The notes beneath the pieces were generated by a model. It worked only from the letters and a program-made list of their open reading frames with translations, made no database searches and was not told the DNA's origin. Made by a program: the position numbers and the translations under genes. A stretch of 64,000 bases of DNA from assembly GCA_963783355.1 (NCBI GenBank), contig CAWANF010000015.1, forward strand, positions 86,021-150,020. The letters are read 5' to 3'. This stretch comes from an uncultured bacterium. Lineage in GTDB: Bacteria > Bacteroidota > Rhodothermia > Balneolales > DATFMH01. Every line of letters starts with the position of its first letter. The stretch's first letter is position 1. Positions 1-11,800 of this stretch are shown here, piece after piece.

Positions 1-213
1 AGGATTCACTTTAGTTGCTAAAAGCTACCACTCCCCGCAAGCATTCGCAAGCTATAAAATGGCATATATTCATCATTTTATTACTCTTTTTTGAATCACA
101 AGGGTATTTGTGACTATATTCATTCAGAAAATAATAATGGAATGTAACCAATGGATTTTTATGTTCGTTTGGTACGGACAGTAATTCGAATTATTAAAAT
201 TTTGGAGCAAGAA

Positions 214-1824
214 ATGTCTGACAACATAAGAGAAACGTTTTACAATGAACGGCATCTGAATTTTTCTGATGAAAGTATTAGCAGTGCTCAGAAATCTGCT
301 TTAGATGATGTTCGTTCAAATTTTAATAAAGAATATGACATTTTTATTAACGGAAAATGGATCAAGGGTGATAAAGGTACATTCAAAAGTGTAAACCCAT
401 CCAATACAAAAGAGGTTATCGGAACTTTTCAGAAAGCGAGTAAAGAACAAGCACAGGAAGCGCTGTCTCAAGCCTGGAAAGCTTTTGAGACCTGGAAATA
501 TATTTCCGCCCAACAACGAGCCGACTTTTTATTCAAAGCTGCAGAAATTGCTAAAAGACGGCGGATGGAAATAAATGCATGGATGATTAGTGAAGCCGGT
601 AAAAATTACCTCGAAGCAGATGCTGATACGGCCGAAGGAATTGATTTCCTTAACTTCTATGCTCATGAGGCTCTTCGTTTCGACAAGGGAATGCCTGTAT
701 TTGATACTTGGGGGGATAAAAACAAAACTATTTACGTTCCAATTGGAGCAGGAGTTTCCATTTCTCCCTGGAATTTCCCATTCGCAATCTGTGTTGGTAT
801 GGCTGCCGGACCAATTGCAGCCGGTAATACGGTTGTTGCAAAACCGGCACCGGATACTCCTAAAATGGGACAGTTAATTGCCGAAATTTTTGAGGAAGCT
901 GGTCTCCCTGCCGGTGTCTTTAATTTTATTACCGGGGAAGATCTTGAAGTGGGTGAAAACCTGGTGAAAGATCCCCAAACACGGTTTATTTCTTTCACAG
1001 GTTCTATGGCTGTTGGACTCCATATTACAGAAACAGCCGCAAAACCATTCGATAATCAGCAGTTTATTAAACGGGTAATCACCGAACTGGGCGGTAAAAA
1101 TGCCGTTCTTGTAGATTCCGACGCCGATCTGGAAGAAGCTGCAACCGGAATTATTAAATCGGCTTTCGGTTTTCAGGGTCAAAAATGTTCCGCCGGATCA
1201 AGGGCTGTTATTGTTGCTGATATTTATGACAAATTGCTCGAAATGATTGTAGAAAAGACGAAGAATTTGAAGATTGGTGATGCAAAAGACAATAACATTT
1301 CCGGTCCCGTTATCAATCAGAAAGCAGTAGACAAAATCATGAGTTACATTGAAATTGGCAAGAAAGAAGGACGGTTGCTATGTGGCGGAAAGATGGCAAA
1401 TACTCAAAATGAAGGTTTTTATATTGAGCCAACTGTTTTTGCCGATGTGAAACCCGATGCCCGCATCGCACAGGAAGAAATATTCGGACCGGTTGTCGCT
1501 TTAATTAAAGCTAAAGATTTGGATGAAGCTCTGAATATTGCCAATGGAGTCCGTTACGGACTGACCGGTGCTTTTTATTCTAAGAATCCGAAAAAAGTGG
1601 ATCGTGCCTTGCGTGAATTTCATGTAGGGAATCTTTATATCAACCGAAAATGTACCGGTGCTTTGGTGGGCGCGCAACCATTCGGAGGATTTAATATGAG
1701 TGGTACTGATGCAAAAGCCGGAGGACGCGATTACCTGCTTTATTTCCTGCAGGCCAAGTCAATGACAGAACATCCAATAGAAGGCCAATCCACCGCCATT
1801 GATTCATTCATTTTTACAAAATAA
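214..1824 (+). CDS. pruA: Delta-1-pyrroline-5-carboxylate (L-glutamate gamma-semialdehyde) dehydrogenase
   Basis: ALDH motifs PWNFP, FTGS, ELGGKN, catalytic GQKCSAGSR, EEIFGP, and P5CDH-type C-terminus GALVGAQPFGGFNMSGTDAKAGG. ATG at 214 has GGAG upstream (ORF is open from 151). Confidence 0.9.
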   Translation: MSDNIRETFYNERHLNFSDESISSAQKSALDDVRSNFNKEYDIFINGKWIKGDKGTFKSVNPSNTKEVIGTFQKASKEQAQEALSQAWKAFETWKYISAQQRADFLFKAAEIAKRRRMEINAWMISEAGKNYLEADADTAEGIDFLNFYAHEALRFDKGMPVFDTWGDKNKTIYVPIGAGVSISPWNFPFAICVGMAAGPIAAGNTVVAKPAPDTPKMGQLIAEIFEEAGLPAGVFNFITGEDLEVGENLVKDPQTRFISFTGSMAVGLHITETAAKPFDNQQFIKRVITELGGKNAVLVDSDADLEEAATGIIKSAFGFQGQKCSAGSRAVIVADIYDKLLEMIVEKTKNLKIGDAKDNNISGPVINQKAVDKIMSYIEIGKKEGRLLCGGKMANTQNEGFYIEPTVFADVKPDARIAQEEIFGPVVALIKAKDLDEALNIANGVRYGLTGAFYSKNPKKVDRALREFHVGNLYINRKCTGALVGAQPFGGFNMSGTDAKAGGRDYLLYFLQAKSMTEHPIEGQSTAIDSFIFTK

Positions 1825-1841
1825 TTGTTTCCCAAAAACAG

Positions 1842-1870
1842 AAAAGCCTGCACTCAAAATGCAGGCTTTT
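1842..1870. terminator. Bidirectional intrinsic terminator
   Basis: AAAAGCCTGCA-ctcaaaa-TGCAGGCTTTT between convergent genes. Confidence 0.85.
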
Positions 1871-1928
1871 TAAATTAAAACAACGTAACAATACAAATAG
1901 ATTCAAATCAATTGTTAATTGAGCATTG

Positions 1929-2612
1929 TTAATCGTCTAAATCAGCAGATTCATCAAGATCGTCGGTAGATTCAAGGCTGCTTTCATCTATACTGCTATC
2001 TTCTTCATCTTCTTCATTATCATAGACGATTGTTTTCTTTTTCGGCTTATTTTCCGTTGCCCCGGCACGCCGTAATAACATAGCAATTTCCGCCTGATCA
2101 TTATCCAAGGCCATTGACAATGCCGTGTCACCATTTTTATCCCGCTCAGTCACATCAGCCCCCATGGAAATTAGATAACGGACGGTGTTGGTATGGCCTT
2201 CTCTTGAAGCCAGCATTAACGCAGTAAGCCCCCAATGTTGCTTCGCATTAATATCTACCCCCTTACTCATCAACAACTTGACGGCCTCCATTTGTCCTTC
2301 ACGAGCAGCAATAATTAATGCAAGTGGACCAATTTCAACATCATGATCCATTAAATATTGCATCATCTCAATATTACCGTTTTCGGCTGCACGATTAAGA
2401 GCAGTACCACCCATTTTATTTTTGATATTGGCATCGGCACCATTTTCAATCAACAATTTAACAGCCCCAAAATTATTGTTTTGAGCTGCATAAATTAAAG
2501 CTGAAGAACCGCTCTTAGAAACCTCGTTAATTTCAGCTCCATCCTTAAGCGATTTTTTAATTAGTTCCGTATTGCCGTCAATGGCAGCCTGAAGTAATGT
2601 GGATAACTCCAT
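1929..2612 (-). CDS. Ankyrin-repeat protein with acidic C-terminal tail
   Basis: About 6 ankyrin repeats (G.TAL..AA..G......LL..GAD.N) and a D/E/S-rich tail. Confidence 0.9.
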   Translation of the reverse strand: MELSTLLQAAIDGNTELIKKSLKDGAEINEVSKSGSSALIYAAQNNNFGAVKLLIENGADANIKNKMGGTALNRAAENGNIEMMQYLMDHDVEIGPLALIIAAREGQMEAVKLLMSKGVDINAKQHWGLTALMLASREGHTNTVRYLISMGADVTERDKNGDTALSMALDNDQAEIAMLLRRAGATENKPKKKTIVYDNEEDEEDSSIDESSLESTDDLDESADLDD

Positions 2613-2834
2613 ATCTATCGTATCTGTTGATTTTAAAAGTGTAATGAAAAAAACCCGCAGGAAATTAAATCAAATTTTTATTATTACGAACTACGAATTA
2701 CAATAAATTTTGTTGTCTTTCTAAATTAATGCTCTGATCACAAAAACACAGCATTCCTCGTATTTCTCTCTAATTTAATCGGAGTTGTTAAAAAAGAAAG
2801 CCTTAAATCGTGTTTTAAATAATCTATAATTTTA

Positions 2835-3752
2835 TTAATAATCTATTTTTTTTTCACCCTTATAACCTCTGAAAAAGTCCACGGCGCTCATAGCTTTTTT
2901 CCCTTGAAGCTGTACTTCTATTAATTCTAAGGCCTTATCGCCACAACCGATATAAATCCGGCCATTGGCTTCATGGATCGTTCCTGCCGTAACAGTGATA
3001 TTTTGATTTAACTGACTTTTATTAATTTTAAATTTTAATCCATCCAGGGTCGTCCAGGCTGAAGGAAAAGGACTTAAACCACGAATCCTGTTATGAACCT
3101 CCCGGGCACTTTTAGAAAAGTCCAGTTTCCCATCCTCACTGAATAGTTTCGGGGCACTCGTTGCAACGGTATGTTCCTGAACCTGTGTTTTGTAGTTACC
3201 TTCTTCAATTTGATTAACGGCTTTAACGATTAGTCTTCCACCTATTTGCATCAACCTGCCATAGACCTCTCCTGTCGTCTCATTTTCACCAATTGGTGTC
3301 TTTTCACGAAGAATAACTTTTCCGGTATCAACTTTTTCTTCCAAAAAAAAGATACTGCAACCTGTCTCTTTGTCACCATTAATAACCGCCCAGTGAATCG
3401 GAGCCGCTCCCCTATATTTCGGCAATAGGGACGCATGTAAGTTGATGGAGCCTTTATGGGGTATTTCAAGAATATTTATCGGAAGGATTCTGAATGCGAC
3501 AACGACCAGTAGATCCGGATCCAGCGCTTTTATTTTTTCAGCAAATACATCACTTCTCAAATCCCCAGCTTCGATCACGGGCAAGCCAAGTTCGAGGGCT
3601 TTAGCTTTAACGGGTGTTGGTGACAGGGCCTTGCCACGTCCTCTGCGTTTATCAGGACCACTAACTACCGCAATGACGCGATGGCGGCTCTGGTGCAGAG
3701 CTACAAGGCTTGGAATGGCAAATTCTGGAGATCCCATGAAAACGATACGCAT
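2835..3752 (-). CDS. fmt: Methionyl-tRNA formyltransferase
   Basis: MRIVFMGSPEFA, NLHASLLPKYRGAAPI; adjacent to def. Confidence 0.97.
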   Translation of the reverse strand: MRIVFMGSPEFAIPSLVALHQSRHRVIAVVSGPDKRRGRGKALSPTPVKAKALELGLPVIEAGDLRSDVFAEKIKALDPDLLVVVAFRILPINILEIPHKGSINLHASLLPKYRGAAPIHWAVINGDKETGCSIFFLEEKVDTGKVILREKTPIGENETTGEVYGRLMQIGGRLIVKAVNQIEEGNYKTQVQEHTVATSAPKLFSEDGKLDFSKSAREVHNRIRGLSPFPSAWTTLDGLKFKINKSQLNQNITVTAGTIHEANGRIYIGCGDKALELIEVQLQGKKAMSAVDFFRGYKGEKKIDY

Positions 3753-3887
3753 ATAGCTTCAATAACTCTTACGTTTTGAATTATATTAAGAGTACTTATG
3801 ATAAGGCCTTTTGTGACACCCATCAAAAATTATTCAGCTAAACCCCAAGTGTAAAAAGGGATTTGCTAATAATTTCAGAAACATCTC

Positions 3888-4448
3888 TTACTTAGACACA
3901 ACCGGGTAATCAACCTCTTTCAAACCGCTTTCGATTTCCTGAAGCTTACCTTTGATCAGGCGTTTTCTGAATGAACCCAGATAATCGATAAACAAAACCC
4001 CATCCAGGTGATCCTTTTCATGCTGTATCACCCTTGATAACCAACCGGTAGCCTTAAGTTCTTTTTCCTCATAATCACGATTTAAATAACGAACAGTGAT
4101 ATCTGCAGGACGCAAAACTTTTTCACGAATATCGGGGATACTCAGACAGCCTTCTTCAAATTCAATCTCTTCGTCACCCTTGTATATTATTTCAGGATTG
4201 ATAAATACCTCGGGGCCAAATAAAAACTCTTCGCCTTCTTCATCCCTGATAACCGGATCGGCATCCAATACAAAGACTCGCACTTCTCTGCCTACCTGTG
4301 TTGCAGCCAGCCCAACCCCGTTCGAATTGTACATTGTTTCGAACATGTCGTCTATCAGTTGTTGCAAATCTTTAGAATTTTCCTCTACATCCCCAACTTT
4401 CACCCGTAACACAGGATCATTATATGTCACTATTGGTAATACTGCCAT
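3888..4448 (-). CDS. def: Peptide deformylase
   Basis: GVGLAATQ, EGCLS, QHEKDHLDG motifs. Confidence 0.97.
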   Translation of the reverse strand: MAVLPIVTYNDPVLRVKVGDVEENSKDLQQLIDDMFETMYNSNGVGLAATQVGREVRVFVLDADPVIRDEEGEEFLFGPEVFINPEIIYKGDEEIEFEEGCLSIPDIREKVLRPADITVRYLNRDYEEKELKATGWLSRVIQHEKDHLDGVLFIDYLGSFRKRLIKGKLQEIESGLKEVDYPVVSK

Positions 4449-4454
4449 TGATAC

Positions 4455-4880
4455 TTAAATATTTTTCTGATCTAGATAGTTTTGCAAAAGTATAGCAGCC
4501 GCAACAGCATCAACAATGCCTTTCTGCTGCCTCTTTTTTTTGGAAACACCGGAGTCCAGAATGGCTTGCTGTGCCATCACACTGGTAAAACGCTCATCCA
4601 ATGTCACCACTTCAATATCGGGAAACTGTTTTTTTAATTCACCTATAAATGAACGTACCATATGAACCGATTCTTTTTCTTCCCCTTTTAAAGTAATCGG
4701 CCAGCCCACGATAAACTTTCTGACGTTCTCTCCTGAAATTCTTTTTTTCAATTCAGAGAATATCTCTGCTGGTGCAAAAGCTCCAATCGGACTTGCCAGT
4801 GTTCGTGACAAGTCCGATTGCGCTAATCCTATTCTTTTTTTTCCTACATCGATACCGATGATACGATAGTATTCAGCCAA
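4455..4880 (-). CDS. ruvX: RuvX/YqgF family nuclease
   Basis: GIDVGKKRIGLA, VGWP, DERFTS, DAVAAAILLQNYL; TTG start abuts the upstream stop codon. Confidence 0.93.
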   Translation of the reverse strand: MAEYYRIIGIDVGKKRIGLAQSDLSRTLASPIGAFAPAEIFSELKKRISGENVRKFIVGWPITLKGEEKESVHMVRSFIGELKKQFPDIEVVTLDERFTSVMAQQAILDSGVSKKKRQQKGIVDAVAAAILLQNYLDQKNI

Positions 4881-5204
4881 TTATCCTTTTAATTCAGATT
4901 CTGACTCAAGGGGCAGACGTAAGAATTCTTTGAGCAACTTACTTGGTTTAAAATGTGTTTTTCTGTGCTCAGGAACATAAATAACTTCATTCGTTTTCGG
5001 ATTCCTGGCTTTTGGCTTAGCTTTGGTAACCTTAACTTCAAAGACTCCAAAATCCCGTATTTCAATTCTGCATGTAGGGTCAGCCTCCATCATTGTGTCT
5101 CTGAGCGATGCGATAACGGCATCCACCCAAGGCTCAACTTGTACCATGGGTACATCCATTTCTTCAGAGATACGACGAACAATGTCGCGCTTTGTGTATG
5201 TCAT
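4881..5204 (-). CDS. HU/IHF family DNA-binding protein
   Basis: IEIRDFGVFEVK...ARNPKT...HFKPSK signature. Confidence 0.92.
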   Translation of the reverse strand: MTYTKRDIVRRISEEMDVPMVQVEPWVDAVIASLRDTMMEADPTCRIEIRDFGVFEVKVTKAKPKARNPKTNEVIYVPEHRKTHFKPSKLLKEFLRLPLESESELKG

Positions 5205-5409
5205 AATATTTCAATCCTTACTTTAAAATTATTGTTTAAGCTTAGGCTTAAAATCAGATGATAACTAACACTTATCTTTGCTATAACGTGCTTTTCATCA
5301 AGATGTTATTAATGAATTAATAATAACAGCTAATAGCTTGTTTATTAAAATCTTGACAAAGGATACGAAAACTTTAAATGATCAAAAAGAGGTATTTCTG
5401 TAAAAGTTT

Positions 5410-7665
5410 TTATTCGTAACGATATACCTGCTTAATACCATTGATTTTTTGAATTCTTTTGATAGCATTTTCAAGATGATCAATATGGTCAACATACAAT
5501 ATTAGTGTTCCTTCAAACATCCCGCTGTCACTACTTACATTAATACTTTTCATATTGGTTTTCAATGACTTAGATATCACATTGGTGATATCGTTTATAA
5601 GGCCGACCCGGTCTTCACCGATGATTTTTATCGCACCGATGAACCTTGAATCGGTATTTTTAGCCCATGCAACATCTACGATTCGTTCTGAATCGGTGTT
5701 AATTAAGTGTCGGGTATTTTTACAATTCACCCGATGTATTTTGATATCGCCATTACGACTAATAAAACCAATTACTTCATCGCCCGGAATGGGGTTACAA
5801 CATCGTGCATATGAGTACTTTACATCGGTTAAATCACCATTTATAATCAGTCCTTCACGGTTTCTGGAGGTCCGTGCATCCTCATAAAAGAGTTCCTGGA
5901 ATTCTTCTTCGTCAATTTGGGCAAATTCTTTATCCTTATCTTCGTCAATACTGCCCAGACTCTGATATTGTTTTACAACTCTTAACAGTTTACCCGGATC
6001 AAACACGCCAGAACCGATGTCATAGAACAATTTTTGAGATGAAGAAAACTTCATTTTAGATGCAATTTTCATCAAATCCTGTTCTGAAATTTCAACTTTA
6101 GCCTTCGCAACACGTTTTTCCCATATGTCGCGACCCTCTTCGGCAACCTTCCGTTCTTTTTGTTTTATAAATTGCCGGATACGTGCTCTGGCTTTGTGTG
6201 TAACAACATCATTAATCCAGTCACGATTGAGATTAATATGTTTTCCGGTAATAATTTCTACCTGGTCACCACTTTGTAATTTATGACGAAGCGGCACGAT
6301 CTTTCCATTCACTTTTGCTGCAAGAGCATGGTCCCCTACTTCACTGTGAATATCGAAAGCAAAGTCGATAGGAGTAGCGCCATTCGGTAATGTAATTAAT
6401 TCTCCACTCGGCGTAAATACATAAATTTCATCAGTATACAGGTTAAGCTGAAAATCTTTCACAAACTCAGTAGCTGCATCCGGACGAGGATTTTCAAGGA
6501 TATCTCTCACCCAGTGAACAAATCGATCAATAGTATTTCTATCGCCGCCCTCTTTATACTTCCAATGTGCTGCCAGGCCTTTCTCAGCGATTTCATCCAT
6601 TTTACGGGTACGTATCTGTATCTCTACCTTAACACCTTTGTTGGTTATCACGGTAGTATGCAGCGATTGATAACCATTCGCTTTAGGTACGGAAATGAAA
6701 TCGCGAAATCGCTCCGGAATAGGTGTATAGGCATCTGTAATAAATGAATAAACCCGCCAGCAATCTTCCTTTGTATGCGGTTCATCAAGGATGATACGAA
6801 TCGCAAACAAATCATAAATTTCTTCAAATGGCTTCTGCTGGCGCATCATCTTGCGATAAATCGAATAGATATGCTTTGGACGGCCTTTTATATCAAAATG
6901 AAATCCGGCCCGCTCCAATTGCGTCTTAATAGGCACCATAAACTCATCGATGAAACTTTCCCGCGATTCCTTCTTTTCACGAAGTTTTCTGGCTATAAAT
7001 TTATAACCCGTTGGGTCCAGGACTTTAAAACTTAAATCTTCGAGCTCACTTTTTATTTTATAAAGGCCAAAACGATGTGCTAAGGGAGCATACAATTCAA
7101 TTGTTTCTGTGGCAATACTTAGTTGTTTTTCTTTTGTCAGATGCTGAATGGTCCGCATATTGTGCAGGCGGTCAGCAAACTTAATCAATACAACCCTCAA
7201 ATCTTCTGACATCGACAGAAGCAGCTTCATAAAGGTTTCGGCCTGCTTGGTATTCTTATTTTTGAATACTCCCGATATCTTTGTAAGTCCATCAATCAGA
7301 TGAGATACCGTAAATCCAAAATGTTCTTCAATATCGGCTAATGTAACTTCTGTATCCTCAACCGTATCGTGCAGTAAAGCAGCGGCAACCGAGACATCAT
7401 CTATGCCAATTTCTTTAGCGACAATAATGGCAACAGCAACCGGATGCAAATAATAAGGTTCTCCGGAAGCTCGAGTAACCCCCTGATGAGAAAGGAAACA
7501 AAGTTTAAATGCCCTGGTTACTAATTTATCATCACAGTGTTCCAAATTCTCATGGCAAATCTGCAATAGGTTTTCCACCTCGAATTGCTGAGCTTGTTCG
7601 AGTTTAAACTTATCCAAATCCTTATTTATCCGGATACCTGTTTCTTCCATACGGCTAAAACCCAA
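5410..7665 (-). CDS. spoT: Bifunctional (p)ppGpp synthetase/hydrolase (RelA/SpoT family)
   Basis: HD motif LHDTVED, KFADRLHNMRT, NGYQSLHT, AAHWKYK, TGS and ACT domains. Start may be ATG 7650. Confidence 0.95.
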   Translation of the reverse strand: MGFSRMEETGIRINKDLDKFKLEQAQQFEVENLLQICHENLEHCDDKLVTRAFKLCFLSHQGVTRASGEPYYLHPVAVAIIVAKEIGIDDVSVAAALLHDTVEDTEVTLADIEEHFGFTVSHLIDGLTKISGVFKNKNTKQAETFMKLLLSMSEDLRVVLIKFADRLHNMRTIQHLTKEKQLSIATETIELYAPLAHRFGLYKIKSELEDLSFKVLDPTGYKFIARKLREKKESRESFIDEFMVPIKTQLERAGFHFDIKGRPKHIYSIYRKMMRQQKPFEEIYDLFAIRIILDEPHTKEDCWRVYSFITDAYTPIPERFRDFISVPKANGYQSLHTTVITNKGVKVEIQIRTRKMDEIAEKGLAAHWKYKEGGDRNTIDRFVHWVRDILENPRPDAATEFVKDFQLNLYTDEIYVFTPSGELITLPNGATPIDFAFDIHSEVGDHALAAKVNGKIVPLRHKLQSGDQVEIITGKHINLNRDWINDVVTHKARARIRQFIKQKERKVAEEGRDIWEKRVAKAKVEISEQDLMKIASKMKFSSSQKLFYDIGSGVFDPGKLLRVVKQYQSLGSIDEDKDKEFAQIDEEEFQELFYEDARTSRNREGLIINGDLTDVKYSYARCCNPIPGDEVIGFISRNGDIKIHRVNCKNTRHLINTDSERIVDVAWAKNTDSRFIGAIKIIGEDRVGLINDITNVISKSLKTNMKSINVSSDSGMFEGTLILYVDHIDHLENAIKRIQKINGIKQVYRYE

Positions 7666-7836
7666 AGGCCATTAAAAACCAATTAAAATCATAAAACACC
7701 TAAAGCTATTAAATATAGGTATTTAACAATTCATATACGATTTCTGATCATAATTGAAGAAATCGACGATTAATAAAATAAAACAATGAAATACATCGAA
7801 AGAACGATGAATTAACGTTCATTCTTATATCAAAAT

Positions 7837-7878
7837 AAAAAAGAAGAGAGCATTATGTTACGTTGCCCTCTTCTTTTT
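7837..7878 (-). terminator. Intrinsic terminator after OMP gene
   Basis: AAAAAAGAAGAGAGCA...TGCCCTCTTCTTTTT inverted repeat. Confidence 0.75.
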
Positions 7879-7909
7879 GTTTAAAAATAGGTAAAAAGTT
7901 TAACGGATA

Positions 7910-8524
7910 TCAGAACTGAAGCAATATACCGAAGATGTAACGCCCGTTGGTATTGGAAGGGTTCACACCTTTAAAGTCCTTCAGATTACTTTTTGTCACA
8001 CGGTATTCGATGAATGGCTTTAGCACAGGAATGATACCCAGTTGAACACCAATCGTTCCGTTATAGAATATGCTGCTCTGCTGTTCATTGCTGAGATTGG
8101 CTATTGCTTTATAGTCAACTTTATAGGTTCTGGAACCTATACCCAATCCAATATACGGGTTCACAAGGCCCAATTTAACTTCACCAATTGCATCGAGACC
8201 TAAGTCATAATCTTTAATACTATTAGTTTCATAAGAGATATTTCCGTTGGTCGTTATTTTATTATTGGCATTGAAATAGCTAAAATGAGCTCTGAAACCC
8301 AGTGAAAGCAACGGGATAGGAAGCTTTGCCATGTTTTCGATGCGCAGTCCAAAACCATTTTGCGGGTCTTTACTGCGTACTTCATATGTTGCACCGATTC
8401 CGAACTGAGCTGCCGCCGTCGAAATCATAAAACCACCGACAAAAAATAATGTTACAATCCATTTAAGTAAATGTGGATAGAATAGCTTTTTCATGAGTAG
8501 ATCCTTTTTAATGATTAAGAACAA
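7910..8524 (-). CDS. Small outer-membrane beta-barrel protein
   Basis: Signal peptide (AAAQ), alternating amphipathic strands (PYIGLGIG), terminal Phe. Confidence 0.75.
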   Translation of the reverse strand: MFLIIKKDLLMKKLFYPHLLKWIVTLFFVGGFMISTAAAQFGIGATYEVRSKDPQNGFGLRIENMAKLPIPLLSLGFRAHFSYFNANNKITTNGNISYETNSIKDYDLGLDAIGEVKLGLVNPYIGLGIGSRTYKVDYKAIANLSNEQQSSIFYNGTIGVQLGIIPVLKPFIEYRVTKSNLKDFKGVNPSNTNGRYIFGILLQF

Positions 8525-8699
8525 ATGAATTACACTGCCAAATGTATTTTACTAATAGTAAACAATTTTCATATAAACTGTTAATTCACTTACCATAATA
8601 TCAAGCTATTCACGACATAATCCATTTTTTTCAAATTTATATATTTACACTGTTGTTCTTTTCTGCTATAATATGTATTCTTGCGTTCCTGAAAAGGAT

Positions 8700-8786
8700 G
8701 CCGCCGTGGTGGAATTGGTAGACACGTTGGACTTAAAATCCAATGGGACTTATAATCCCGTGCCGGTTCGAGTCCGGCCGGCGGTA
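8700..8786 (+). tRNA. tRNA-Leu (TAA)
   Basis: Acceptor stem GCCGCCG/CGGCGGT, D-loop GGAATTGGTAGAC, anticodon arm TTGGA-CTTAAAA-TCCAA, long variable arm, GGTTCGAGTCC. Confidence 0.97.
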
Positions 8787-8789
8787 CTT

Positions 8790-8827
8790 AAAAAAGCCCA
8801 TAAATAATTATATTTATGGGCTTTTTT
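8790..8827. terminator. Bidirectional terminator
   Basis: AAAAAAGCCCATAAATA-atta-TATTTATGGGCTTTTTT. Confidence 0.85.
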
Positions 8828-8846
8828 ATTTGTTCAACTTTAATTC

Positions 8847-11800
8847 TTATTTGAGTAACAGCATTTTACGTGTTTGAACATATCCTTTTGTCCGCAAACG
8901 GTAAAAATACAATCCGCTTGCCAGGTGTAAAGCATTGAACTCAATTTGATGGGTTCCTGATGGTTGCCATCCCTTGACTAATGTTGCAACCTCCCGGCCT
9001 AAAATATTATACACTTTAAGAGAAACATCCTGAGATCTGACTAAAGAATACGTAATTGTTGTTGTTGGATTGAACGGATTCGGATAGTTTTGTTCCAGCG
9101 AGATATGAGCCGGAAAAGTGGGGTTACCCTGACCTTCGATGGCCGTACTTGTTGGAGCATTGGGATTTATCAGGTTCCAGGCTATATTGTTGTCCTCATG
9201 TATTTCAGCTATCGTGTTTTTAGGATCTACCACGGCATAAAGCTTTGACTCATTGTTCAGATTTAGCGGTACTTTCCAGTTGGCCAATTCTACGATAGCA
9301 TGCCCCCTCGCCTTTATTGCAGGAACGGCCACACTGTCCGCACCATCCTGGTTGGTGATCTGTGTTCCCCCGTTTTGCGGATCTCCGTAATAAAATTTAA
9401 TGATTGTTCCGGTGGTCATATCTTTGAGGCTGTAATTATCCACACGGGCATAGATCGACACCACTTCTCCCGGCTGCGGATTCACCGGATCGAAAATAAT
9501 GTCACGGGATTCTTCTTTTTGAACTTGTGGATCGGTGCTTCCGATGCCTTTTTGCTGATCATAAAACCAGGGAAGATTAAACGTGAGATCCGGTTTACCG
9601 CCGTACATTTTCGCCCACCATGAGGGCACCCCGCCCGACTGGTCCGGGTGAACAGCATAATTAAGGACCAGTGCTCCTACTTTATCCCAGTACACATAAG
9701 GCGAAACAGTATACGTTTTGGTACCCAGGATAGATTGATTGATCGTTCCAAAATGTACCTGTAGTCCGCTTTCCTGATGCACTGTTGTTGTTTGAGTCGA
9801 TATCTGGTTACTTCCATAGGTTCCAGACATTGAAGCTTCCAAATCGACTGATGCTCCGCCAATACTTTCACTGAAATTTGTGGTTATGCTGCGACTGAGT
9901 GTTTGGTAGGATGATCGCGTCCGCTCTGAAATTTTATCGGAACTGAACATAAGGCTCCAGTCCTGTGTCGCTGAACCGGAAAGTTCCCAAGTGTCGGCGC
10001 CTCCCCCGCTGGCAAACCCTCCATTGCCAAATAGTGTAGATCCCGCAGGCAATGCAACTGAATCGGGATAAGAGAGAATATTACCCACTTCATGATTCGC
10101 CAGATATGTACGGGCCAGTTCACTTTTTCCTGAAAACCAGGTATTCTTCAGGCCATTAAGTCCCGTGAATTTAGGCAGCACAACAGCTACATGGCCTACC
10201 AGCTTACCCTTTACATACGTCGGATATTCAAAAATGTAGTAATCAGATATTGTGGCATAAATACGATCATCGCCTATAGCATCGGAGGTTACCGTTACTC
10301 TGTAGGTTTTGGATGCCCCATTGACCTTGGAGAACTCCCCACCATACGTACGATCCATTGTTCCCTTTACCGATGCGGAAACAGAATACAGATCTTGCAC
10401 CCCTCCCCCTACCGATAACCCTTCAGAAAGGGAATTAGAAATTCCCCAATCGGCGCTGACCTGGGTAGAAACTTCCATCGAACTATCAGTGGCATTTTCG
10501 TACATTGATGTAAAATCGCAGCCATTACCACTAAAACAGTTGTCGATATCGTAGGGTGTCCCGTTAAATATATCATAATGTATAGGAGGAGCATTCAGGA
10601 TCACAAGGGGCTGTACGATGTTATGAGCAGTCATTTTGCTGGGGGTGCCGAGGTGAACACCATCCGCATTCAGATCGCCCGCTACCAATACAAAGTAATC
10701 CTCACTATTAACGGGTGTCTGAGGGTCTGCTACCGATTGTGTAGAGCCAATAAACTGATAATTTAATTGGTAAGGATGGGCCTGGTAGTCACTCAATTCA
10801 TAATTTCCCCCGCTATTTGCCGGACCATTATAAGCCATGATATCCGTTCTCAATGAATCGCTGTATGGGAGGTCGCAATCAGTGAGAAGCACAGAACGGT
10901 GACTATCTCCAATATTAATATTGGAATAGGGAGCGGTTGCATATAGGTATGTGGTTCCAGACTTGTCGAATCCATATATAGAGATTTTGCCATTCCCGGC
11001 GCCAGTCTGAGATACATTCGGTATGAGATCATCGGTGCCGTTATAATTATAATCCCCAGAGCTTAAACTCACGTTATACCTGTTGGTCTGGTAAGGATTA
11101 CCAAGTGGTATTAAGTTAACAGGACTTCCATTATTTGTGACATTCCCGCTGCCGCTAAAGTCGATGGCAAGGCGCTGTAATCCTCCAGAGTATGTTAATT
11201 CATATTGGTTATTTGAAATATTTTGGCTTTCGTATTCATCTTCGTATGCATACGCCAGATGATCGTGACCGTCACCGTAATAATCGCCGGCAGCCAGGGA
11301 CAATTGTGTAATCTCTTCACCTGTATGGACGTTGATGTCTAATTTATATCCTTTGGCAACCGGAGTCTGGGAGTCAATATAATCCTCCCAATGACCGGTA
11401 ACTTTATTTTTTCTTACGATATGAGCCATCAGATACCATTTGTTTATACCCGATGGCTTTATGTTCATGACGGCGACTTCATCAACACCATCACCATCAA
11501 AATCACCGACCGCAATATCAAATAATGTAGTCTTCGAGTTCGGAGAAAGGAGAACACTCCCAACCTTAATACTGTCTACTGGAGCAGGTGTACCATTTAT
11601 CATCTTGTAAAACACGAGCTGAACCGGTCCGCGGTCGGAACTGCCGTTATCGGCGCAGTAGGCTACTACAAATTCTTCCGCCGGATCCTCATCAAAATGG
11701 CCCGTAGCGACCCGAATAATGTTATGATCACCGGACGGAGCATTAAATATTTTGGGTACTCCATAATCCTGAACGGTACCATACCAGGCCCCTGTACGCT